A stretch of 63,097 nucleotides of DNA, filler included, from Nemertoderma westbladi (lineage: Eukaryota > Animalia > Xenacoelomorpha), in NCBI GenBank assembly GCA_032718475.1. It is 3 parts of 3 records of this genome, joined end to end, with 100 filler letters (N's around TTAATTAATTAA, not from the genome) between each part and the next. Parts side by side here need not be neighbours in the genome. Positions count along the whole stretch, not along the records: positions 22,216 to 53,524 come from JAUCBJ010007948.1; 2 more parts are not named here. The stretch is one strand, 5' to 3'. Shown one piece after another: positions 39,255-50,429 of this stretch (positions are counted from its first letter, which is position 1; the number at the start of each line of letters is the position of its first letter). Position numbers and translations under genes: made by a program. The notes below the pieces were generated by a model. The model was given only the letters and a program-made list of their open reading frames with translations. It searched no databases and had not been told where the DNA came from.

Positions 39255-39397
39255 TTAATTCGGGGTCTACTCAGCCATTAATTCGGGGTCTACTCAGCCA
39301 TTAATTCGGGGTCTACTCAGCCATTAATTCGGGGTCTACTCAGCCATTAATTCGGGGTCTACTCAGCCATTAATTCGGGGTCTACTCAGCCATTAAT
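39255..39397. repeat. 23-bp perfect minisatellite (TTAATTCGGGGTCTACTCAGCCA)x6
   Basis: Direct observation. Confidence 0.95.
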
Positions 39398-39449
39398 TTT
39401 GCAGATTTAGAACTTTACTCTGGCTCATCAGCCTGTAATAGACAAGTAA

Positions 39450-39850
39450 TCGAATACGCAAGGGAAAGGCATGGGCAGCTTTGAACGGGTTTTCCAGGAT
39501 ATGGAAGTCAAATATAATTAATAGTAAACTTAAGGTCCGATTATTTAGAGCAGCATTAGTTCCAGTACTCCGCAATGGGTGTCCATGCTGGGTTCTAACT
39601 GCTGAGGAAAGCAAACCTCTGGATGGCACATTCACAAGAATGCTAGCCGGGTTCACCGTGTCAAGTCCAATGCACACATCTCCAACCAGACACTATAAAA
39701 CATTGGAGGTGTCTCATTGGTTCCCCCAAGCTGCTTTGCAGGACATTGCTTTCGCCACGAAAGCCAGTGCATAATCTTGTGCTTTGGCGGCCTCGTGGAG
39801 TGAATAAGCATGGTGGACAGCCAATGGCTTTCTTGAGACGTTCGACAGGT
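39450..39850 (+). mobile_element. RTE-like LINE 3' fragment
   Basis: IWKS...KLKVRLFRAA...LDGTFTRML; homologous to 1-240 and to the reverse complement of 24060-24320. Confidence 0.8.
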
Positions 39851-39892
39851 AACATAGATCCTTAGGCACCATTAGAGCAAGTCTTACAAGAT

Positions 39893-40293
39893 ACACGAAG
39901 TGGGGACTTCGCGCAGCACGAAGTTGGCAGAGCCTTAGCGAATTGACACTGTTAGGGGGTAGGTCAATTTATGCAAATAGTCACGTTGGCCCTCTAGCGG
40001 CAGACTGGAGAACTGCAGATGGATTCGCCTCCTTTGAAAGTCACAGCTAATGGTCTAATACATATCTGCCAAGTTTCAGCTTAAACGGATTAAAAGCAAA
40101 GAAATGGGAGGGCATTTAATGTTTAGACATGTGGCCCTCTAGCGGGAGACCATTGCACTAATGGTGTCTGAAAGTCTCTCAAAAATCTCAACTTTTGCTC
40201 ATATTGATACCTACAAATTTTCAACTTGGCAGCTTTAAATCCGACAAAGTTATTAGCATGTCAAAATCGTAACGACGACGACGACGACGACGA

Positions 40294-40348
<55 letters not shown>

Positions 40349-40425
40349 TACTATTTGCATAAATTGACCCACCCCCTAACAGTTTCAATTCGCTAAGGCT
40401 CCGCCAACTTCGTGGCTCGCCCCAC
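39893..40425. mobile_element. Rearranged copy of the HINE-like element (about one core unit, long (GAC)n, inverted duplicate of its 3' end)
   Basis: Same termini as 4097-7017. Core 39985-40270 is nearly identical to the 315-bp unit. (GAC)n at ~40272-40348. 39917-39980 is the reverse complement of 40351-40414. Confidence 0.8.
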
Positions 40426-40429
40426 AAGT

Positions 40430-40972
40430 GTTAAAATATTTTTTCATACCAGCTTTATTAAGGGGACCGCTACACTTGTTGAGAGAAACTTGTTTGCACT
40501 ACCTGTGCGTACAGGGCGTCTGGGGATCTCAAATCCCACAACCAATGCAACACATAGCTATGATACATCCCGTCCAGTAACAGCTATGGCCCGTTCATAT
40601 ATTGGGAGTGGCTCTGACATTAACTTAACAGAGTCGGTGTGATTCATTTATAAATAGGTCTGTGTGTTCTGGATGCTAAGCTGTCTTCTGCGAAGGAGAC
40701 CAAGGAACAAAATGCCGGGGCACCGACAGTTGAGAGGGCGTCATCAGTAACATCTCACTGGCTAACAGTGAGATTCAGCACTTAGACCTTTCGCCCTGCG
40801 AATTTCGCGATGTCTTGTCTTTGCGATACTGTCGCCCTCTTGCCAATGCGCCGAGCTTCTGTGATGGATGTGGGGATATCTAAACCTTACGCCTTAACGA
40901 GGTCAGAGATGCACAGGGCGGGCTTTTTGGTTTGGCATTCCCAGGTGCTTCAGTTGAACGGGAGCCGATCAT
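40430..40972 (+). mobile_element. Degenerate CRE-clade (restriction-like endonuclease) non-LTR retrotransposon fragment
   Basis: Translated pieces ERNLFALPVRTGRLGISNPT, SHWLTV, DLSPCEFRDVLSLRY.RPL.NAPSFCDGCG, NEVRDA and VEREPII match motifs I recall from the post-RT/zinc-knuckle region of CRE elements. Confidence 0.7.
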
Positions 40973-42489
40973 ATAATAATTGTATATGAATTTTAAAGAT
41001 TAATAAATTGTTTAATTAATTCAACTACAGTTAATGTAAGGATGTGTAAGTGCGGTTCGATACAAACCGAAATACATATTATATGTGAGTGCCAGTCACT
41101 AGCCACCCTACGTGACACACATAGCAATCTATCGTTTACATCAATAGAGGGTTTCTTCTCGGATAAACATCTGCATGATTGCTGCAACTTCTTGCATGCT
41201 GCTCTTATCATTTTAGAGTAGTCCACCTCCCCCCCCCCCCCCCCCCCCCCCCCCCATAAGCTACAAAGTATGCCATCAAGTTGTTTGTTCTTTTTCTATT
41301 TACATTATTTATTTATTTATTTGATTTATTTTACATTACGTACGTACTTACTTACTATATATATATTTTCTTTTTTTTGATACCGCCCTGACTGGCTTCT
41401 TTTTGGACAAATTAAGTGTTAATCAATTAGTTATTGGGTATGACTGTTGATAACAATTATAATTAATTACATCGCATTTTCTACCGTGTCCGTTTGAATC
41501 TGTATTTGTGTCTTGTCATTGATCCCGCTTGCATATCATTAGTTTATCATTATTGTTAATCGATTAATTATTATTACTTATGAATCATACACATATTGTT
41601 CTCGTTCCCTAGTGGTCTGCTGCATGCTATAGTTTGTCACATTGTTCTTGTTATTGTTTTTATGACTGCTTACAAATGTACTGTATTTGTTTGTATCAAT
41701 GTTGTGTCTTCCTTACATATATTGTTATGTTACCTGTTTGTATTTTTCTGTCACTTTCTTTCATCAGTCGCTTGTGGAACTTAATTATGTCAATAAACTA
41801 ATCTAAATCTAATCTAAGCAATAAATAATCGATTAAATTAATTATATTATAGTATGATATTACATTATTATATAATCACTGGAGCTCTGCTCGAATTCCT
41901 GGAGCTATTAAAAAAATATTGCTAATAACCACAGTGTAGCTGCAGTATAAGTGTGTACTAATTGTATTTATGTTTGTTAATAACCGGATTTGGTATAACC
42001 AGCATCACAAAATATCTTGAAACACTTGAATAATATAGTCATATATAATTTTTATAACTTTCTTTTGGTACATTTTCCCAAAGTCGGTGATGACATCCAT
42101 ATGGGATCGAACTGGTGACCCTCCAGGTTGGAACCACGCTTTCACTCAAAAATTCCAAAAATATAATATATATATTTTTCATATATAATATATAAAAACA
42201 TATATTACTTTAGCCCCTACCTGAGAAAGCTAATAGCAATATTGCTGCCACATAGTGCCGCCATTAATTATATTATTGTATAGTGAACCTAATTTATTTC
42301 TCATGAAAATTTATAGTGAAATTGTCTGGATTAGGGTAGACATGGGGCGGCGAATCTTATCATTGTGTTGTTTTTTATACAAAAGCAGCTACGAGGAATT
42401 GTGGAATAATCCATAAACAATGGCAAAAGAGGGCCGCAGACAAAAATGGCCAGTCTGCCCAAGTTACTCCAGTAAAATATTCCCTACGA

Positions 42490-44470
42490 CGCAGTTAACG
42501 CATTGTCGAGGAACCCTATAACTGCGATCGGTGTGGTAGCCCTGCTGCTACCAATGGTCTACAGGGTAGCACTCATGGTGTAACACTCACCCCTTGGAGT
42601 CAGGGTCGAACCCTCACCTGGGACACCACCGCAGTGGACACTCTGGCTTCCAGTCACCTCCAACAGACTATCCCTCCGAACCCTCCCTCACCTGAGACAC
42701 CACCGTAGTGGACACTCTGGCTCCCAGTCACCTCCAACAGACTCTCCCTCCGAATCATCCCTCATCTGGGACACCACCGTAGTGGACACTCTGGCTTCCA
42801 GTCACCTCCAACAGACTATCCCTCCGAACCCTCCCTCACCTGAGACACCACCGTAGTGGACACTCTGGCTCCCAGTCACCTCCAACAGACTCTCCTTCCG
42901 AATCATCCCTCATCTGGGACACCACCGTAGTGGACACTCTGGCTTCCAGTCACCTCCAACAGACTCTCCCTCCGAACCCTCCCTCACCTGGGACACCACC
43001 GTAGTGGACACTCTGGCTTCCAGTCACCTCCAACAGACTCTCCCTCCGAATCATCCCTCATCTGGGACACCACCGTAGTGGACACTCTGGCTTCCAGTCA
43101 TCTCCAACAGACTCTCCCTCCGAACCCTCCCTCACCTGGGACACCACCGTAGTGGACACTCTGGCTTCCAGTCACCTCCAACAGACTCTCCCTCCGAATC
43201 ATCCCTCATCTGGGACACCACCGTAGTGGACACTCTGGCTCCCAGTCACCTCCAACAGACTCTCCCTTCGAACCATCCCTCATCTGGGACACCACCGTAG
43301 TGGACACTCTGGCTCCCAGTCACCTCCAACAGACTCTCCCTTCGAACCATCCCTCATCTGGGACACCACCGTAGTGGACACTCTGGCTCCCAGTCACCTC
43401 CAACAGACTCTCCCTCCGAACCCTCCCTCACCTGGGACACCACCGTAGTGGACACTCTGGCTCCCAGTCACCTCCAACAGACTCTCCCTCCGAACCCTCC
43501 CTCACCTGGGACACCACCGTAGTGGACACTCTGGCTCCCAGTCACCTCCAACAGACTCTCCCTCCGAATCATCCCTCATCTGGGACACCACCGTAGTGGA
43601 CACTCTGGCTTCCAGTCACCTCCAACAGACTCTCCCTCCGACCCTCCCTCACCTGGGACACCACCGTAGTGGACACTCTGGCTTCCAGTCACCTCCAACA
43701 GACTCTCCCTCCGAATCATCCCTCATCTGGGACACCACCGTAGTGGACACTCTGGCTTCCAGTCACCTCCAACAGACTCTCCCTCCGAACCCTCCCTCAC
43801 CTGGGACACCACCGTAGTGGACACTCTGGCTTCCAGTCACCTCCAACAGACTCTCCCTCCGAATCATCCCTCATCTGGGACACCACCGTAGTGGACACTC
43901 TGGCTCCCAGTCACCTCCAACAGACTCTCCCTTCGAACCATCCCTCATCTGGGACACCACCGTAGTGGACACTCTGGCTCCCAGTCACCTCCAACAGACT
44001 CTCCCTTCGAACCATCCCTCATCTGGGACACCACCGTAGTGGACACTCTGGCTCCCAGTCACCTCCAACAGACTCTCCCTCCGAACCCTCCCTCACCTGG
44101 GACACCACCGTAGTGGACACTCTGGCTCCCAGTCACCTCCAACAGACACTCTTCGCCGGTGGCCACACTGCGGAGGGAGGTGGACGACTGAATAACTATA
44201 ATGGATAGCGACGCATAGGCCATGGACTTTAACACCCTGCGGGCCGCCACGGCCTGAGACAGTTGTCTTCCTGTAGGAGATGGTTTCCTCGCCTCTATTC
44301 AGTGACCCCTGAACCCAGGTCACACAGATTCCTCCTCCAGTGGTTCCTGGTGGCCATCTTGGATGGGAATGCCTTGGTGGGAGGGCCACGGCTGCGCTGG
44401 TCCATCATCTTTTAGAGTAAACTGAAGTGTAATAAATTAATAATAATAATAATAAATTATAATAATAATG
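42490..44470 (+). mobile_element. 3' part of a second CRE-like retrotransposon (zinc knuckle + RLE endonuclease) expanded by an internal minisatellite; (AAT)n tail
   Basis: Before the array: EEPYNCDRCGSPA..NG and GVTLTPWSQGRTLTWDTT.VDTLA.SHLQQT. After it: EPRSHRFLLQWFLVAILDGNA. AAT-rich tail at ~44431-44470. Confidence 0.7.
42610..44150. repeat. 74-bp minisatellite, ~21 copies
   Basis: AGTGGACACTCTGGC recurs at 42633, 42707, 42781, 42855 and onward. Confidence 0.95.
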
Positions 44471-44694
44471 AACAATATTTAATTATTTTAATTTAATTTA
44501 ACAGTAAATGGAAATTGACTGGGAAATAATATAAAAACTGTATTGGTAGTTTAATTATATCTGTACCCATTGTGGAATATATAAATAATATTAATATTTA
44601 TTGTTTCTGGAGCATGGTAATAATACTAATAAATTTTTACAAATTTATACTAATACATTTTTTCATTTTCTTCAGTAATCATTTAAAAATAATA

Positions 44695-46456
44695 ATGGAG
44701 AAAACAAATCATATTAGTGAAGAAATTCGCCATAATTTAATCTCAAACAGAACTGAATTTATAGAGAATACATTAGTGGATATCAATTTGTTAGGCCGTC
44801 TTCATCAGGATGGCATACTATCATTCGATGAAGTTCAAAGAATAAACTATAAAGTAACCGACCAAGACAAAGCAGAAGCTCTACTTGATATGATTCTTGA
44901 TAAAGATTCACAAGAAGGTGTACATTCCCTGTGTAAAGCTTTAAATGAAACTCTACAATCTCATATTTCGAAAATTATTGATCCGACAGACAGTATGAGA
45001 GTATTATATAATGGTAAAGGTCAAAGTCCAAATACCTTCGAATCAAATTTAACTGGAACTCCAGAAGATATTCTAGAACGTTGGCTAGTTCCTAAGATTC
45101 CAGCGTTTCATATTCCACGAAAAGATTTAGTAACTCAAGTCCGAGACAACTTGAAGAAACTGAGAACTGCTAGTGGGTGGGTGGTTATCCATGGTATGGG
45201 TGGTCTGGGAAAGACAACCCTAGCTAAAGATTCCTTAAACGATACAGAGATTATCAATGCATTCCCAGGTGGTATATTTTGGGTTTCGGTTGGACCAATT
45301 GGAAATTAATCCATTCTACAGAAAATGAAAGAACTTTGCTTACGACTTGACAAAAAATGTGATCACCCATTCAGTATCACATCCTACAATAATGCTCTGA
45401 AGGAACTTTTCCACAAGAAATATCCGAGATCACTGATAATCCTAGATGATGTATGGGACTTAACAGTAATAGAAGCCTTTGATATCAACTGTCGAATTAT
45501 GGTCACCACAAGAGATGTAAATTGCATTCCCATGGATTATCAAAATGTGTTTCGGGTTCCAGTGGAGAGAGGATTAACTGATACTCAATGCTTGGAGTTA
45601 CTGAACAAGTGGATGGAGAAGGAACCAAGGAATGTTTCAATGACAGAAGCTAAAAATGTTATTGCCAAGTGCAATGGATCACCATTGGCTATTAGTTTGG
45701 TTGGAGCAATGAAGAGGGATACACCAGAACTAACATGGAAATATTTTGAAGATCGCCTAGTTAAATTAGATGCTTCTTTGTTGAGTTATAACAAATCAAT
45801 TAATATTACTATAGCAATTAGTATAGACCAGTTACCACAAGATCTTCAAGTTCACTACTTCAAATTAGCTGTATTTAGTCAAGTTGAGTGTCTCGAATTC
45901 CATTCTGACATTGTAAGTAAGTTATGGGATTGTGATATCGAAGATACCATGGTGACCTTAAAAAAATTGTCAAATAAATCACTTCTTTCTTATAATTCGC
46001 ATTCTAAGTTTTGGTCTTTACATCCACTGCTAATGGCATATATCGATGAAGAAGGAGATTCAACTGAGAGTCATAAACACTTGGTAAAGATATATAAAGA
46101 GAAATGCCAAGGCGAATTTGGAAATTTATATGACGATGGGTATGTGCATGACTTCCTTGCCAGACATATGGCAAAAGCAAAACTCTGGGAAGAAAGACAC
46201 CAATTATTAACCAACATTCTATGGATTAAAACCAAAATAGAGATATGCGGCCCCTCAAGACTCATAGCTGATTACGACTTGGTTGACCATAAACATTCTG
46301 AGGAGCAATTAATGGAGCAAACTGGTTACCGTTCTGTTATAAAACGGTTCTGCGCAAATCTCACTGGCAAATTCAGTTGTGATATAATTCAAATTGGATT
46401 GATGACTGAAAAAAGTGCAGATATTTATAAAAAGTCACGGGAAATTGCTGTTAAAG
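44695..46456 (+). CDS. APAF1: Apaf-1-like protein, coding exon 1 (CARD + NB-ARC + winged-helix/HD2); contains in-frame TAA at 45307-45309 (possible pseudogene or base error)
   Basis: ATG at 44695 follows a likely 5'-UTR acceptor (ttttcttcAG, 44675). CARD-like N-terminus; Walker A GMGGLGKT; FPGGIFWVSVG; Walker B LIILDDVWD; MVTTRD; GSPLAISLVGA; L.NKSLL. ORFs 44572-45309 and 45325-46593 are in the same frame. Donor AG|GTGAAT at 46457. Confidence 0.85.
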
Positions 46457-46512
46457 GTGAATTATTTTTAAATTGTCAGTATAAAATAGTGAACAAAGTT
46501 ATTTATTTTTTA

Positions 46513-47783
46513 GGCTCTTTTTCGGAAACGGGGGCATATTTTCAAAAAAATTGCAAGTCATTTTTTTTACATTTTAAGACTATTCATGAATGAAAAGATT
46601 GATATTGAACTCATTTATATTCTAGAATTTATGGTAGCTAGTATTTATTAATAAAATAAACAATACCATTTATGTATTCACGGAAGAGTACTATTGATTA
46701 GAAATTAATTTATAGTAACTAAAATATAATATTCCAGAATATTAATAACTAGATTACTAATTGTTTTTTTTTATGGTAGCTAACACAGTGATTTTTTACT
46801 AGCTAGAACTTTTTTAAATTATATAAAAAAAATACTAGCTTGTAAAAAAACACTAGCTAGTAGCTACCATAACAAAATATCTACTATAAGAACATTAACC
46901 TGGAACTATTCAGGATAATATGCCCCCGTTTCCGAAAAAGAGCCATTTATTATGCATATATCTATCATAATAAATAATATTTTTTACATTTTAAGACTAT
47001 TCATGAATGAAAATATTGATATTGAACTCATTTATATTCTAGAATTTATGGTAGCTAGTATTTATTAATAAAATAAACAATACCATTTATGTATTCACGG
47101 AAGAGTACTATTGATTAGAAATTAATTTATAGTAACTAAAATATAATATTCCAGAATATTAATAACTAGATTACTAATTGTTTTTTTTTTTATGGTAGCT
47201 AACACAGTGATTTTTTACTAGCTAGAACTTTTTTAAATTATATAAAAAAAATACTAGCTTGTAAAAAAACACTAGCTAGTAGCTACCATAACAAAATATC
47301 TACTATAAGAACATTAACCTGGAACTATTCAGGATAATATGCCCCCGTTTCCGAAAAAGAGCCATTTATTATGCATATATCTATCATAATAAATAATATT
47401 TTTTACATTTTAAGACTATTCATGAATGAAAATATTGATATTGAACTCATTTATATTCTAGAATTTATGGTAGCTAGTATTTATTAATAAAATAAACAAT
47501 ACCATTTATGTATTCACGGAAGAGTACTATTGATTAGAAATTAATTTATAGTAACTAAAATATAATATTCCAGAATATTAATAACTAGATTACTAATTGT
47601 TTTTTTTTTTATGGTAGCTAACACAGTGATTTTTTACTAGCTAGAACTTTTTTAAATTATATAAATAAAATACTAGCTTGTAAAAAAAACACTAGCTAGT
47701 AGCTACCATAACAAAATATCTACTATAAGAACATTAACCTGGAACTATTCAGGATAATATGCCCCCGTTTCCGAAAAAGAGCC
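46513..47783. mobile_element. Intronic MITE (46513-46944, 28-bp TIR) plus two tandem ~420-bp duplications of its right part and flank
   Basis: GGCTCTTTTTCGGAAACGGGGGCATATT at 46513; its reverse complement ends at 46944, 47363 and 47783. Confidence 0.85.
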
Positions 47784-47960
47784 ATTTATTATGCATATAT
47801 CTATCATAATAAATAATACTTAATCAATTAATGTTCCCTCAAGCTTTTACTTCAATTACATTTTTAATTATTGGTAAACCCAGAACAAGCACAATGCCGT
47901 GTGTCAATTAAATACACTCTATATTTTTTTTAATACATTTGAATTCTATTTCAATTTCAG

Positions 47961-50125
47961 ACACGAAACTTTACTTTGATCTATGCAACCCCCTCAACAA
48001 AATCGATGAGAAAACAGAAGAACAATTTTCAATGAAGTTACTAGAGGATTACGAAACCCGACTAACTTATGGAATTCAGTACTCCTCTGATGGAAAAACG
48101 ATTCTGATATATGTTGATAACAAATTAATGATTTGTGATGCCGAAAGCGGGAAAAAGATTCTTACTGAAGATAAGATAAATATAAATTCATTTGTGTACG
48201 AAGCAAAATTATCTACTGATGGTAAACGGATCTGTTATCGGACATTTGATGGTGCAGTTCAGATACGGGATGCTACTGAAGGGGAATTAATATTTGAACA
48301 CTTTGATTCTCATTCGATAATAAACCAGGATGATATAACCAATCAAACTATTACAAACACTATCAACTTCCATCCCAAAGATTCCAACATAATTTGTTTT
48401 TCTTCCCAAAACGGATCAATAACTTGTAAGTTTCCTGACTCACTTATAACTTTGGACTCCAACTTCTCTTCATGGGTGGGAGTTTCTTTCTCACCAAGTG
48501 GAAAATACTTAGCCAGTTACACAAATAATCAACCAGATAATAAATTTTGGGACTTTATGAATTTGAATTCAATTCATGAGCCAATGGGAGTTTATAAGTT
48601 AGGTAAAACTAGTACAGAATGTTTGGAATGGGTTTCAGACGAAACTATAATTGTAGTTTACAAAGATATCATTGACACAAACAAGAAATGGCTCAGTGTA
48701 TTTTTTCAGTGTTGGAATGTATTCAATTATAAGAAGGTTTGGGAAAGTTCTATATTTGCTGATTTCTACGACCTAGAGTTCCAGGGAATAAAATACATCA
48801 AGTCCAGTAATCTGGTACTGAGGAAAACGGGATACCCACAATACGGGGGATCAGATATGGATCTCCTGGATGCCAAAAACGGAAATACAATCCACCGAAT
48901 GCGAAGCTATTCAACCGAACCAGTTAGGTTACCGTTAAACTGCGTCGATATCAGTCCATCTGCACAGAATCTGTGTAACTGGAATGTGGGTAAAAATAAT
49001 GTATTAAAGGTTATACCCGTCAGTATCAAATCATCCAGCAGTGGCATATCAACTGGATACTTGGAGATTCGAGCGGTTTTAGATACGGAACCTGTGACCA
49101 TAGCAGCGTGTACACAGTACTCCCTTCACATCATGGACATGGCGGGAAATATTAAACTAACTAAAGACGAAAAGAGTCCCATATGGGTGTTAATTGGATT
49201 AAAAAACAAACCTGTTTTCGCTTACGGGTGTAGAAACGGTATTATACAGGTTTATTACAAAAATAAACTCATTAGTTTACCAACAACCTCTGCTGACCTC
49301 GTAAAAATGTTGGTTTTTGCTGCTCCATCGAACTATTTAGTTAGCGCGGCGGCTGATAAACTCAGTGTGTGGAGTTATAAAGACTCTGTTGAATTATTAT
49401 TCGAATTTTATCCCAATCGTGGGTCTATAATTAGGCAGTTAGTAGCATTGTATAGTAGCAACACTGTAGCAACCCTAGATGAGAGTGGCGAACTAGTTCT
49501 TACCAATATTTTAACTGGGAAACATTCGGTTGTGGATTATAAATTCCCAGTTGTGTCCTGGTTGAAAGTTTTACCGGATTCTGAAAATATTCTTGTTTAC
49601 TTGCCCTTCAGTCCCAGTTGGATAGTAAAAGTAACTGACAATGGATTCCAGTTTAAGGAATTAGGGACTTTCAGTTTTTCAGCAATCGGATTCTCTCCTA
49701 ACAATTGTTCCAATTTAGCCGTAGCAAAGGGTTCAGTTGTACTAGTTTATACTAAAGACGGAATTCCGTTTCATATAAATAATAATACTTTGACTAAAGA
49801 TGATTTAGATTTTAAAATAGAATCTAATAATTGGGTTGAACAATTATCCAGTATTACTGGTTATAATTATATATGTTCTGCTTTAATTAACAATATGGAT
49901 GGAGTCAGAGCTCTGAATTTTGTAAACAAAGATTCCGATACGATTATTATTAGAGGTGAATTAAATATTTCGTTGTATTCAGTTGGAGGTGAATTTTTAC
50001 AAAAACTTCCTATCAGAGCTGATGTTACCGGTGATACTATCAGCTGTTCCTTAAACTCATTGAAGTTTGTTGTTGTTGATGAGGATCAAAACATTTATAT
50101 CTTCAAACCTCTAACTGGAATTTAA
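47961..50125 (+). CDS. APAF1: Apaf-1-like protein, coding exon 2 (divergent WD40 beta-propellers)
   Basis: Acceptor tttcaatttcAG at 47960 is phase-1 compatible with donor 46457, giving ...YKKSREIAVK-D-TKLYFDLCN..., which parallels the Apaf-1 HD2/WD40 junction. WD-like repeats (YSSDGK, LSTDGK, FHPKDS, FSPSGKYLAS). Spliced length ~1308 codons. Confidence 0.8.
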
Positions 50126-50429
50126 CCTCGGTAGTTAATTCTATGGTTATTGTGAATTTAATTTTTGTTTAACCATAAAATATAATTATTATTATCAATG
50201 TTGTTAATTCAAAATCTAATCTAATTTGTGCACTAAATGAAATTACGTGGCCAAATCAAAAACAGTCTCAGACTTTCCTAAGGTGAATTATTAAGATTAC
50301 GTGCCACTGTAACTTGCTATTATCCATTAATTGATAACTTAACATTGAGACCAAATCTCAATTAGACGACACGGCAATTGCGTCCTTTTTTTTACAATTA
50401 TGCAAACATGAGTTTATTAACATATCACT

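Noticed and set aside
40221-40427. Poly-Arg (protamine-like) ORF
   Set aside because: Translation of the (GAC)n microsatellite of the HINE-like element.
44572-44694. Hydrophobic N-terminal extension of ORF 44572-45309
   Set aside because: Starts at GTG in AT-rich sequence upstream of a splice-acceptor-like site; the ATG at 44695 begins the CARD.
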